The position numbers and the translations under genes are program-made. A stretch of DNA of 64,000 nt, from assembly GCA_963663805.2 (NCBI GenBank), contig CAXXMR010000018.1:1-64000 (forward strand), read 5' to 3'. The notes under the pieces are model-generated. The model saw nothing but the letters and a program-made list of their open reading frames with translations, ran no database searches and was not told where the DNA came from. Origin of the DNA: Sedimentisphaerales bacterium (lineage in GTDB: Bacteria > Planctomycetota > Phycisphaerae > Sedimentisphaerales > SM23-30). This document shows, piece after piece, positions 36,836-46,763 of the stretch. Positions within the stretch are counted from its first letter, which is position 1. Every line of letters begins with the position of its first letter.

Positions 36836-39230
36836 ATTCGGGTGCAGTTTTCCAGGCCGACATAATTCTGTGGGTGTCGTTATCCTGAAGGAAAGCTACT
36901 ATTTCCAGTTGTGATACATCAATCTGAGAGGGCTTCATCATGAATTTGATGCCGAACCGCTCTTGTGCATTCAAAATTTCCTTTTCCAGATTAAAACTCA
37001 CTTCGGCCAGATCGCACATCACTGTGAAGTGACGAGATTCTGACTCGTCAGATATAACCCTGCCCTCAACAGGTGTCAAGCACGCTCTCACGACATAGGG
37101 GTGCAGCAGCAACGTATTTCTGCCCGGTGACATTACCGCACGTTCACAAAGCAGTAGGTGCAATCTGGCATCGGCCGGAGACGCCGGACCTGAAACTTCA
37201 GTCGCAACGCTTAGGGACTGCCCGGCAAGACCTACGCCTATGTCGATTTGCCAGGGTGATTCACTTGCCTGCACGGATTTTGATATGTATGCCGGGAAGA
37301 GTTGACTCATTGCTGTGTCATCACCCCCGCCGGTAACCTGACCTGTTCCATCGAATACCGCCGTGGGGATATCGGTGATCTGGTAATACGTCCGTCGCGC
37401 CACACCAAATGGTGTCAGAAGCGGATCGGGATACGGCTTATCCTGATGGTATGAGACCAGGCAAACTTCTTTGTTCTCGAAATACTCTCCCAATGCTCCC
37501 AAGGCCAGCTCAGCGGCCATTGTATCCGGTTTTTCGATACAGGTAAAAAGTTCCACAAGTCGAACCGGCGCGAGAGAGGCATCTTCCTGCTGATCACCGA
37601 AGCGAGAGGAGGGATGAAAGACCGGCAAGCGTCCTTCGAGCAGTTCCAAAGCATCGTTCATGTTGAATATTCGTCGGAATTCAGCATTTCGGTTGAGGCG
37701 ATCCAATCCCGCAAATCCTCCCCTGGCAGGCTCATCAACAATGATACTTTGAACATAACGTGACCAGGCTCGCACCAGCTTGCCCTTTTGTTCGTAAAGC
37801 TGGCCCAGCCAAAGGTTGATATAGGGCTCCCGCGGCATACCAAAGCTGGCGGACAGAAGATATTTATGGGCTTGTTTGAGATTGCCCTCCCTTAATGCAA
37901 TAAAACCCAGACGAGATTGCACTTCGTATATCGCCATCCCGGTTGTGTCGTCCGGAGCATAAGTCAAGGCCATCCGCAAAGCCGGCTTAGTCAGTTCATA
38001 CTTATTCTTATGTTTGCTCGCGAGCAATTCATCTGCCGCAACTAATACTTTCATGCTGCGTCGTGCCGGAGGTGTGGCATCGGCGACAGCCTGAAAGGCA
38101 CGCTTCAGCGCCGTAGCGTCCGGAGAAGCGGTTTCCATCCGTAAATGCAGGAGCTTCTCAGCGGCCTCATCTGCTAACCGGACATCGTGCAGAGTAACAA
38201 GCAATTTCTCTAAGGCATCAGCATCACCTTGAGCTCGTGCCTGAAAATATCGCTGCTTGAGCTTGTCAAATTCCGCAGTGCGAGTTACGGCAAATTGTAT
38301 TTCTTGTTTTTCAGGATCAATCCTCACCTGAAAGAATTCCAGCAGGTCTGTCCCTAAAATAATATCCGGAGCGTCTTTCATTCCGCCTCGCAAATCCTCC
38401 ACCCGGAACGGCACGAATCGCGATATATCTATCCCTTCCAATATCACCGGACAGATTTCGCCCGACGAAGCTCCTGCTTCAGTGGCGGCTGTACGATCAA
38501 TAAGCGTATCAGGTAATGAAGTTGCCAGTCTTACACGCAGCGTTTTATTCTCAGGTCCAATTGCTGTCAACCAATACCCGGTTTTCTCTTGGTTATATTT
38601 GGCAACATCAGAAACACGCGGAAGATTCTCGGTATTCATCTCTGGAAGGACAGGAAGGTCGTTGCTTTGTGGTTCCGGCCCTGACAGAGGATACAGGTCA
38701 AGCTGCCCCCTGGAAACCTGAAGATCCAGCCTGTAATTGGAAAACGCGGACAGCCCGACGATCGCCACCACCGGGATCTCCTCCAGTTGGCCGGCATGTT
38801 CTCTTGTCAGATCTTCCAACGCGACTAACTCTGCGGTTTGAGTTGCCAGCCCATCAAGACTGAATTTATCAAAACGAACATCGACCCTGGAATTTTCTGT
38901 CAGTTCCAGACCTACACCCGTCTTGCCATGAAGCAGCAAGGGTATCGGCGTCCCCAAATCGATCAGAACATTAGCGGGAAGCGATATGTCACCGCAACTG
39001 AGCTGACAAGGTGCGATTAATGCCCCTTCGATAACCTGAAATTCGACGGTTTCTGCCCACGCCGAACCCACTAAAAACAGCAACGTGACAATACATCCAA
39101 ACATCACAGTATGCCTGCCGCAGCCACCCCAAACAGACCGCGAACAGAATCGCCAGCTTACTATAGCCCTGAAAATCATTCGGCCTATAACCCGCTTTAA
39201 GTAACATAATTTGAAATCAGCTTGTAACAT
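36789..39230 (-). CDS. Secreted protein with degenerate retropepsin-like domains, TPR region and thioredoxin/Omp28-like domain
   Basis: LIDLGT, IVGL, IILGTDLL..F.V.ID (aspartyl-protease fold); TPR; VELFT...YH...P.PDP...PTAVFDG...VAFLQD. Start may be ATG 39104 (signal peptide). Confidence 0.65.
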   Translation of the reverse strand: MLQADFKLCYLKRVIGRMIFRAIVSWRFCSRSVWGGCGRHTVMFGCIVTLLFLVGSAWAETVEFQVIEGALIAPCQLSCGDISLPANVLIDLGTPIPLLLHGKTGVGLELTENSRVDVRFDKFSLDGLATQTAELVALEDLTREHAGQLEEIPVVAIVGLSAFSNYRLDLQVSRGQLDLYPLSGPEPQSNDLPVLPEMNTENLPRVSDVAKYNQEKTGYWLTAIGPENKTLRVRLATSLPDTLIDRTAATEAGASSGEICPVILEGIDISRFVPFRVEDLRGGMKDAPDIILGTDLLEFFQVRIDPEKQEIQFAVTRTAEFDKLKQRYFQARAQGDADALEKLLVTLHDVRLADEAAEKLLHLRMETASPDATALKRAFQAVADATPPARRSMKVLVAADELLASKHKNKYELTKPALRMALTYAPDDTTGMAIYEVQSRLGFIALREGNLKQAHKYLLSASFGMPREPYINLWLGQLYEQKGKLVRAWSRYVQSIIVDEPARGGFAGLDRLNRNAEFRRIFNMNDALELLEGRLPVFHPSSRFGDQQEDASLAPVRLVELFTCIEKPDTMAAELALGALGEYFENKEVCLVSYHQDKPYPDPLLTPFGVARRTYYQITDIPTAVFDGTGQVTGGGDDTAMSQLFPAYISKSVQASESPWQIDIGVGLAGQSLSVATEVSGPASPADARLHLLLCERAVMSPGRNTLLLHPYVVRACLTPVEGRVISDESESRHFTVMCDLAEVSFNLEKEILNAQERFGIKFMMKPSQIDVSQLEIVAFLQDNDTHRIMSAWKTAPEYEPSLAQELYVPASN

Positions 39231-39375
39231 ATAATCGTTGGTTCAGCATTTTCGCTCCCATCCACTCTGCTCTGAAAAACGCCATAACAACAGCGCCAGC
39301 AAAATACCAATCACCCCGATTTCACCTCAAAATAACGCTTGGCTAAGAGTATCACCAAACCACGGCCCCAACAAC

Positions 39376-39413
39376 AAAAAAAAAGACCGCCTGACAATAA
39401 TGCCAGACGGCCC
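39376..39413 (-). terminator. Rho-independent terminator after the PEP-CTERM gene
   Basis: Minus strand GGGCCGTCTGGCA-TTAT-TGTCAGGCGGTC followed by T9. Confidence 0.85.
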
Positions 39414-39442
39414 AATATTCTCTAGTGGGAACAGGTCAAAGT

Positions 39443-40498
39443 TTAGCGACGACGACGTGCCACAACCAGACCGCCCAGGCCCATCAGGACCATAGTAATC
39501 GGCTCCGGAATCGTGCAGAAACCCAAATTGCCACTATTCAAAGCGGAGGCGGCAAGCTGACCATCAAAGAGTGAGAAATATATCACAAAGCTTGTGCCCA
39601 GAGGGCCTGCGGCTAAAGCTTCTTTGGTAATCATCACTTCCAGCGTATTGGCTGGGTCGGCAGGATCATAGGACAGAATGTCATGTGATTTGGCGTCCCG
39701 GAAGTAGATTAGCCCATCGGCCGGGTTATAAATATTGCCGCCGGGAGTAAAACTGGTTTCGCCGGTAAGACTGGTAATATCAGACACACTGAAAAGCTGA
39801 GTGATATTGGTACCGTCATATTTGTAAACACCGTCGGTAACACTTTCTCCAAAATACATGTTGCCGCTGACATCAAATGCCAACTGACCCGAAGGACTGC
39901 CCCTGCCGGTACCGGCAACTATCTCTGCATTGGTAAGTACAATCTCTGCTGTGCCCACACCAGTGGTACGCCATATCTGATCAATGTCCATCTCAAAGAA
40001 CACCATTTGGCCGGTGTTATCCACACCACAGGTACTGGAGAGAATCGCGTCGCCGCCGGTCTGTGCCAGTAGTTGGGCTTTATCGAGGATGACATCGTGA
40101 GTACCGCCCAGATCGGCACCGTTCTTATTGATCTTCCAGATCTCGTCTAAAGTTGGATTGGCGAGAAACAGGTCATCACCGACAACAGTCATTGAAGACC
40201 CGGAATTCACCAGACCGGAGAAATGGTAAATAACACTCGCGGATTCAGATTCGGTTCCCGCGTTTTCAACTTTGACGTACCAGGCTGTTGTGGGATCGGA
40301 AGAGCGGATCTCGGCATAGACCGTCGAGCCGTCAGCAACAGCTTTGGTATAACTAGCGGGTGTCACCTGGCCGCCCGTATAAGTACTGACCGCATCCGAG
40401 AATGTACTCCAGGGTACAATCTCCTGATAACCACCATAGGCCGCTGAAGCTACCAGCCCCAGCAACACAACAAAAACCAACATTTTCCTGCTAAACAT
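39443..40498 (-). CDS. PEP-CTERM-anchored beta-propeller-like surface protein
   Basis: Signal peptide; C-terminal IPEPITMVLMGLGGLVVARRRR; NHL/SMP-30-like repeats. Confidence 0.88.
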   Translation of the reverse strand: MFSRKMLVFVVLLGLVASAAYGGYQEIVPWSTFSDAVSTYTGGQVTPASYTKAVADGSTVYAEIRSSDPTTAWYVKVENAGTESESASVIYHFSGLVNSGSSMTVVGDDLFLANPTLDEIWKINKNGADLGGTHDVILDKAQLLAQTGGDAILSSTCGVDNTGQMVFFEMDIDQIWRTTGVGTAEIVLTNAEIVAGTGRGSPSGQLAFDVSGNMYFGESVTDGVYKYDGTNITQLFSVSDITSLTGETSFTPGGNIYNPADGLIYFRDAKSHDILSYDPADPANTLEVMITKEALAAGPLGTSFVIYFSLFDGQLAASALNSGNLGFCTIPEPITMVLMGLGGLVVARRRR

Positions 40499-40603
40499 TT
40501 TCTATCCTTCCTTTCCGGTACACTAAGCACCTCAACACAAATCGAAAGAGAACACCTCTTCCTCTAAACTAAAAACATATTTAACCTCTTAAACCGAAAG
40601 TTA

Positions 40604-41320
40604 TTAATCCTCGTACGCCAGAAATCCCACAGTCAGATCAAAATGGAGCAGCTGGATTCCCATTCCTTGACGTTTAATTGAAGACCCTGCGTTAATAATC
40701 TGACCACTGGTCTGCCCCTGGTGCCAAAAGGTACTGTCATCGCGAAAGTAGCCTGTGTTCTGGCCCTGGCCCGACTGGCTCAGATCTGTTCGCGCTACTC
40801 CGCTTGCGAACGGATTTAGATTCCAATTGTCAGCTAGATACCCGACAAGAGCTTTGGTTCGATTGCCCGTGTAGTATTTTGGGTTCTGGGTGACCGGATC
40901 ACTGTTGTGCACCCAGTAAGTATTAACATACTCTCTATCTTTTTTGTTCGAAGGGCAGGTCCAGAGATCCTGCGACCCCAGGTCTAGATAGCCGCCGGCA
41001 TGCAAAACCGCCGGAAGACCAAAAGTCTCCTCCAGGTCACTGCCCGGTGATTTCAAGCCCGGAAACACCCGATAGCTCGAACCGCCTATTGTTTCCCAGT
41101 CCGGGAAACAGTTCTTTTTGCTATCGTTGGCATACATAGCGCAGCTCAATCCGATCTGACGCAGATTGCTGGAGCATACTACCGCCTTGGCCTGCTCGCG
41201 AGCTTTGCCTATTGCCGGCAATAATATACTAACCAGCAACGCGATTATTGCTACAACTACAAGCAGCTCTACCAGGGTAAAACCGCGTTTGCGGGATACA
41301 TTGGAAAAACAATTTATCAT
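40604..41320 (-). CDS. Prepilin-type N-terminal cleavage/methylation protein (DUF1559/SBP_bac_10-like)
   Basis: [55 protein letters not shown] overlap with the upstream gene. Confidence 0.92.
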   Translation of the reverse strand: MINCFSNVSRKRGFTLVELLVVVAIIALLVSILLPAIGKAREQAKAVVCSSNLRQIGLSCAMYANDSKKNCFPDWETIGGSSYRVFPGLKSPGSDLEETFGLPAVLHAGGYLDLGSQDLWTCPSNKKDREYVNTYWVHNSDPVTQNPKYYTGNRTKALVGYLADNWNLNPFASGVARTDLSQSGQGQNTGYFRDDSTFWHQGQTSGQIINAGSSIKRQGMGIQLLHFDLTVGFLAYED

Positions 41321-42639
41321 GGTATCAGCCAATTCTTTTCACATGAAGCGTTTTGTGGGTCATTGCACCATAACCATTCCGATGCAAACAATATTAAGTC
41401 GGCCATGTTAGTCAGGCCGTCATTATCAAGGTCGCCGCCCTCGTCTATCAGCCAGGCATCTGCCAGAATCGAGAAATCAAATAGCGAGACATAACAATCC
41501 TGCGTCCACTCCGGCGCCGCCAGATCATAACCAAAACGCTGAACCTCGTCACAGTTATCAGGCAGCACTACCCGGTAGAAAATCCCTCCGGCGGACCTTA
41601 AGCCTCCGCTCAAACCGTTATTCCAGGTCAAAGCCTTGCCTTCATATGAACTGAACGCGCTGAGACGGTGTATTCCCTGCGGCCCATCAACCATCTCGGC
41701 CTTTGTCAGGAATATTTGAAGCGAATTCGGGTCACCCGCTTCAGCCCGCGCCGGATCAAAACGCAAAATATTATCGGATTCACGTTCGTAGAAATAAATA
41801 TTATCGTCCGGACCATAGTAGATATCATTGTACTCGCCAGGGTTAATCCAGATGATACCTATAAGGTCATCTATTTCCGCTTGGGTTACTATCTCAGACA
41901 TAGTACCGTCGGTTTTACGTTTGTAGATCGAGCCTGTACCACTACTGCCGCTCTTGCTGCTGGTCCAGTAGAGATTGCCGCTCGTATCAAAAGCCATGCC
42001 GCCGCCGACATAGTTGATATGAGTGCCACCGTAGAGCGATTGGAAATCGGCTGGAGTGATCAAGGTGGTCAACGTTCCGTCAGGGGCAACCAGCAGAACG
42101 CGGTCGCTTTTCTCATCATAAACAGTCATTTCCTGATTCGGTGCGTAAACCGCGACCGCATCGAGAAGTTTCGCTTCAGACTCACCGGTATGGGCCATAA
42201 TATCAGACGGTGATACCAGAGTGCTCAACGCACCGGTAGTAACATTTACACGGTAGATCGCGTCATCAAAATAGTCCACAAACTGTAGCTGGTCGCCAAA
42301 AACCGCCATGTGATTACCCGGGCCAATATTGCCGTAATCATCACCGGTATAAGCCATCCATTGGGCATTGCTCACCAGGGTTGTTACGGTTGGGGAACCG
42401 CTCGAAATGTTGTCGATACGTCGAATAGCCGTTTCCCATATCGGCGTTATGACGCTTTCTATGCCGCGGGCAATGACATAGGCGGTGTCGCCGTCAATCA
42501 GGTGAGCGCCGCAGTAGTTGTACTGAGGTAATTGCAGAACGCTGTTGGCATCCACAAGCTCCTCATAAATATCGCCTTGGCAAAGAGTTGCCATCAATAT
42601 AACCACTGCTGCCGTGCCTTTAATACCCAAATACTTCAT
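41317..42639 (-). CDS. Secreted beta-propeller-like protein with dockerin-like C-terminal domain
   Basis: Signal peptide; propeller repeats; tail [17 protein letters not shown]...[27 protein letters not shown]. Confidence 0.8.
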   Translation of the reverse strand: MKYLGIKGTAAVVILMATLCQGDIYEELVDANSVLQLPQYNYCGAHLIDGDTAYVIARGIESVITPIWETAIRRIDNISSGSPTVTTLVSNAQWMAYTGDDYGNIGPGNHMAVFGDQLQFVDYFDDAIYRVNVTTGALSTLVSPSDIMAHTGESEAKLLDAVAVYAPNQEMTVYDEKSDRVLLVAPDGTLTTLITPADFQSLYGGTHINYVGGGMAFDTSGNLYWTSSKSGSSGTGSIYKRKTDGTMSEIVTQAEIDDLIGIIWINPGEYNDIYYGPDDNIYFYERESDNILRFDPARAEAGDPNSLQIFLTKAEMVDGPQGIHRLSAFSSYEGKALTWNNGLSGGLRSAGGIFYRVVLPDNCDEVQRFGYDLAAPEWTQDCYVSLFDFSILADAWLIDEGGDLDNDGLTNMADLILFASEWLWCNDPQNASCEKNWLIP

Positions 42640-43312
42640 TACTCCGCTCCTGAAAAAAGTCAACCAATCTGATTGTGCACCAAATGCATCTCAATGTTAG
42701 CTGAACCTTCGCAAAACAAAGCGATGCGATCTGGCGTACCTAATCAACCATTCCATTCTACCTTGGATGCGTAATAATGTCAAACTTAATTTGCTTAGCA
42801 GCTTAAACTTACAGTAAAGAATGGGGAATCGGTAAAGCGGTGATTATTTTCGATTGAAAGTGTACAAAATTGTCGTTACATGAAAATTCCAACGGCTTTT
42901 TTGGGGACATTTGCGACAAAATGAACAATTTTGTTAGACACGATTTTTACTTTTGGTAAATCTTTCTCAAATCCTAACGCAATAATATTGCCGACGACAC
43001 TTTCACTTATAATATTATCTCCAAGCAGCTCCTCCATCGTGGAACAGGGTTAGACCAAACTTTAATAGTAGTATTTTAGCTAATTCCTTGCGGTAGAGCT
43101 AGTTATCGCAAAGAGTGCTGCGTCGTTCTGGCTAAAGTCTTGTTCTGAGCAGTTTCGGCGTTTCCCCTGGAGATGCTTAGGGGAAAAAGCGAGTCCCTTA
43201 AAGGGGCCGTCACAAGGAGGTTTGGACGGCGATTTTGGGGTTGTTTGGCAAGGGAGTTTGGGGTATACTGCTTGGTTTATGTTAGGTTTAAGTTTATTGT
43301 TAGAGGTAAGTT

Positions 43313-44128
43313 ATGGCTAATACTAAGGCGGTGATTCTGGCTCGCGGGCTGGGTACGAGGATGCGTAAGGATGATGATGGGGCGGAGATGACGGCTGAGC
43401 AGGCGGCGATCGCTGAGACGGGGGTTAAGGCGATGATCCCGATTGACCGGCCTTTCCTGGATTATGTGCTGCATGATCTGGCGGAGACCGGTTATGAGAA
43501 GGTCTCTCTGGTGATTGGGCCGGAGCATGATATAGTGCGGGATTATTACGGTAAGAAAGTGAAGACCGAACGGCTGGAGATTTCCTTTGCGATTCAGGAA
43601 AAACCCCTGGGGACGGCTGACGCGGTGCGGGCGGCTGAGGAGTTCGCCGGGGATGATTCGATACTGGTGATAAATTCGGACAATTATTATCCGCCGAGCG
43701 GTCTGAAGGCTTTGGGGCAGTTGGCAGGTGCGGGGCTGGCGGCGTTCGACCGGAAAGCCATGCTGGAAGGCGGTAATATTCCGGCTGAGCGGGTGACTTC
43801 GTTCGCGGTTATTGAGCGGGATGAGGCGGAGAATATGATACGGATTCTGGAAAAGCCTAGTGCCGAGGCGGTGGCTGCTTTGCCGGAACCGATTGTTTTG
43901 AGTATGAACTGCTGGATGTTCAGACCTTCGATTTTTGGGGCCTGCCGGAATATCGTTCCTTCGGCACGGGGTGAATATGAGATACCGGATGCGGTGATGT
44001 ACACAATCGAAAAAATGGGCGAGGTGTATAAAGCGGTGACGGTTAAGGCGCCGGTACTGGATATGTCGTGTCGGTCGGATATCGCAGCAGTTTCGGCTTT
44101 GCTAAAAGGTAAAGAGATTCGTTTATAA
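43313..44128 (+). CDS. Sugar-1-phosphate nucleotidyltransferase family protein
   Basis: KAVILARGLGTRMR, KAMIPI.RPFL.Y, QEKPLGTADAV, INSD, EKP, SARGEYEI.DAV. Confidence 0.9.
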   Translation: MANTKAVILARGLGTRMRKDDDGAEMTAEQAAIAETGVKAMIPIDRPFLDYVLHDLAETGYEKVSLVIGPEHDIVRDYYGKKVKTERLEISFAIQEKPLGTADAVRAAEEFAGDDSILVINSDNYYPPSGLKALGQLAGAGLAAFDRKAMLEGGNIPAERVTSFAVIERDEAENMIRILEKPSAEAVAALPEPIVLSMNCWMFRPSIFGACRNIVPSARGEYEIPDAVMYTIEKMGEVYKAVTVKAPVLDMSCRSDIAAVSALLKGKEIRL

Positions 44129-44146
44129 GGCGGGGCGGGAGAATAT

Positions 44147-45517
44147 ATGTCTGATACTGTAATGACGCTGGGTGAGCTTTCGGATGGTGATGCGCTAAAG
44201 GCGAGGCTGGCTGAGTCGGGGCTTGATGGTAAGGCTGAGGTGTTTGCCGGGCTGGCGGGTTCGCTGTGTGGGAAGGGTTTGTCGTCTGGCTCTAAGGTGC
44301 GGGCGTATTTTGTGCCGGGTCGTATCGAGGTTTTGGGCAAGCATACGGATTATGTGGGCGGGCGTACGCTGATAACGACGATTGACCGGGGGATATGTCT
44401 GGTGGCGGCGGAGCGTGATGATAATCAGCTTATACTGCATTCGGATAATATGTCGGCTGAGGGTGATGTGGCTTTTGGTATTGGGTCGAAGCTGGAAGGG
44501 CGGGAAGGGCACTGGTCGAATTACGCTCTGATTGTGGCGCGGCGGCTGGCTCATAATTTTGGTGATGGTTTGCGGGGTGCTAATATCGCGTTGTCAGGTG
44601 ATTTACCGATGGCAGCTGGGTTGAGCAGTTCCAGTGTGCTGATTACGGCGATTTATCTGGCGCTGGCGGATATTAACCGGCTGGCTGAGCGGGATGGGTA
44701 TAAGGCCGATATTGCGAGCGTCGAAGATTTGGCGGGTTATTTAGGGACTGTCGAGAACGGGCAGAGTTTTGGCGAGCTGGCAGGCGATAAGGGGGTAGGG
44801 ACGTTTGGCGGCAGTGAGGATCATACGGCGATTTTGTGCTGCAAGCCGGGCAAGCTGAGTTTGTACGGTTATTGTCCGGTGAACTGGGAGCGGGAAATTG
44901 AGATGCCGGCGGGGTATGCCTGGGGGGTGGCGACCAGCGGGGTTAAGGCGGAAAAGACGGGACAGGCCAAGGAAAAATATAATCGTATTTCGCGTTTGGC
45001 GACGGTGGCGGCGGAGATGTGGCGGAAGACAACAGGTTTTGATGACGTAAATCTGGCGGCGGCTTTTCGGGATAGTGCCGAGGCGGATTTGATTCGGGAC
45101 GTGCTGCGTGAAGTTAAGGGGGGCGAGTTTAGTGGGGAAGAACTGGTGGGGCGGTTTGCACATTTTGTGGCTGAAAGCGAAGAGATTATTCCAGAGGCGG
45201 CGGATGCTTTGGCCTGCGGTGATATGGAAACTTTCGGGCGGCTGGTGGATATGTCACAGGCTTTAGCCGAGACGCTTTTGGGTAATCAGGTGCCGGAAAC
45301 CATATTTCTGGCCCGGACGGCGCGGGAACTGGGAGCGTCGGCAGCCTCGGCGTTTGGGGCGGGGTTTGGGGGCAGTGTCTGGATAGTGGCTAGAGAAGAT
45401 GAGATTGAGGGGCTTATGGGGGAATTACGGGACAGGTATGTAAAACAGTTTGCCGAGTCGGCGGGGCGGGCGGAGTTTTTTAGGGCTCGGCCTTGCGGTA
45501 GCGCGGTGAGAATTTAA
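44147..45517 (+). CDS. Galactokinase-like GHMP sugar kinase with altered sugar-binding motif
   Basis: PGRIEVLGKHTDY, PMAAGLSSSS, GSEDH, SAFGAGFGG. Confidence 0.88.
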   Translation: MSDTVMTLGELSDGDALKARLAESGLDGKAEVFAGLAGSLCGKGLSSGSKVRAYFVPGRIEVLGKHTDYVGGRTLITTIDRGICLVAAERDDNQLILHSDNMSAEGDVAFGIGSKLEGREGHWSNYALIVARRLAHNFGDGLRGANIALSGDLPMAAGLSSSSVLITAIYLALADINRLAERDGYKADIASVEDLAGYLGTVENGQSFGELAGDKGVGTFGGSEDHTAILCCKPGKLSLYGYCPVNWEREIEMPAGYAWGVATSGVKAEKTGQAKEKYNRISRLATVAAEMWRKTTGFDDVNLAAAFRDSAEADLIRDVLREVKGGEFSGEELVGRFAHFVAESEEIIPEAADALACGDMETFGRLVDMSQALAETLLGNQVPETIFLARTARELGASAASAFGAGFGGSVWIVAREDEIEGLMGELRDRYVKQFAESAGRAEFFRARPCGSAVRI

Positions 45518-45551
45518 TAACAAGTTTTGTCTTTTTATTGTAGGAGTTAAA

Positions 45552-46289
45552 ATGACATATCAGTGTGATCGTAAGAGAGTGGCAGAAACCTTGAAACGCA
45601 GCGGGGTGGTTGTGGTGATGAACAAGAGCCACGTGGAAAAGCCGGATCATATGGTCGATACCGTCAAGGCGATTTATGAGGCGGGTTATGTGGCTGAGGT
45701 AACATTTCGCATCGACCAGGGTATTGTGGGTGAGGCGATGACGGAACTGGTGAAGTTTCGGGAGACCTGCCCGGTGGATAATCCGCTGGTATTGGGGGTG
45801 GGCAGTGTTATCAATCCGCAGGAGCTGGACGCGGCTATCGAGATGGGTTTCGAGATGATCGTTGCTCCGGCTAATGTGATGGGTGGTTATGGTGCGGGTT
45901 GTGATTTTGTGAAGATAACTCAGCAGGCGAATGTTTTTTCCGCACCAGCGGTGTTTACGCCTACCGAGCTAAATTATTTTTTGGAACGTGAAGATGGCCT
46001 GGAGCCGGACGGTTTGAAGATTTTTCCGGCACGGACTCACGGGCCCAAGGGTGTCGCTGATTTGCTGGCACCGTTTGTGCGTACGCGTCACGCGGGCAAG
46101 TTGATTATGCCGACCGGGGCGGTGGATTATACGACCGGGCCGGAATATCGCAAAGCGATCGCGGGGCGTGGTTTTACGCCGATTCTGGGGATGTCGGCAC
46201 CTTTGGCATTGGTGGCTGAACGCAAGCAGCCGGGTAATATGGCCGTGGTTAAGGAATCGCTGGTGGAGTTCGCGGCGAAATTTTCCTGA
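45552..46289 (+). CDS. KDPG/KHG aldolase-family protein
   Basis: AEVTFR, GVGSV, FTPTE, LKIFPA (Schiff-base Lys), MPTGAV. Confidence 0.82.
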   Translation: MTYQCDRKRVAETLKRSGVVVVMNKSHVEKPDHMVDTVKAIYEAGYVAEVTFRIDQGIVGEAMTELVKFRETCPVDNPLVLGVGSVINPQELDAAIEMGFEMIVAPANVMGGYGAGCDFVKITQQANVFSAPAVFTPTELNYFLEREDGLEPDGLKIFPARTHGPKGVADLLAPFVRTRHAGKLIMPTGAVDYTTGPEYRKAIAGRGFTPILGMSAPLALVAERKQPGNMAVVKESLVEFAAKFS

Positions 46290-46307
46290 TAGTGTCCCGA
46301 TTAAGTT

Positions 46308-46730
46308 ATGGCGAAAAAGAATATTGAAGCTCGGATACTGACTTTCGGAATTCATACGGCGTTTGATTCGGAAAGTGAGGAGCTGCCCAAAATTCTGGAG
46401 TTTACCACGAAGATACCCGCCCGGCTGGGTATCGAGTTTGGTTATGTTCTGAACGTGCGGAAGGGCCGGGGCGAGAAGCTGAGGTTTCGCATCGAGCATC
46501 CGCCTTTCCGCAACAGTTCGGGCGACATCGCTCCGCCTTTTGAGGGTGAGGTTTATGTTACCGCCCCGGATTTCAAGTTTTTTCTCGGCGATACCATCTG
46601 GGAGCCGGCAGCTGACAAGCTGGGTGACTGGACACTGACGATGTTCTGGGAAAATAAGGTTATAGCCCAGAAAAAATTTACCATTTTTGCTGAATCCGAT
46701 GGTCAAAGTGAAGAAACCGCGTTAAAATAA
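46308..46730 (+). CDS. DUF3859-like protein
   Basis: ELPKILEFTT.IPA.L.IEFG, HPP, F.F.LGDTIWEP..DK.G.W. Confidence 0.7.
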   Translation: MAKKNIEARILTFGIHTAFDSESEELPKILEFTTKIPARLGIEFGYVLNVRKGRGEKLRFRIEHPPFRNSSGDIAPPFEGEVYVTAPDFKFFLGDTIWEPAADKLGDWTLTMFWENKVIAQKKFTIFAESDGQSEETALK

Positions 46731-46763
46731 TTGTGAAGCAGGTATTTTTCCGAATAAATTCAT

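Noticed and set aside
40017..40025. DnaA box TTATCCACA suggesting oriC at the skew switch
   Set aside because: A single box inside a CDS; no box cluster, dnaA or other origin genes
22622..43159. 10-bp direct repeat CAGTTTCGGC (22622-22631, 43150-43159) as island att sites
   Set aside because: Too short to exceed chance, and no recombinase gene is present
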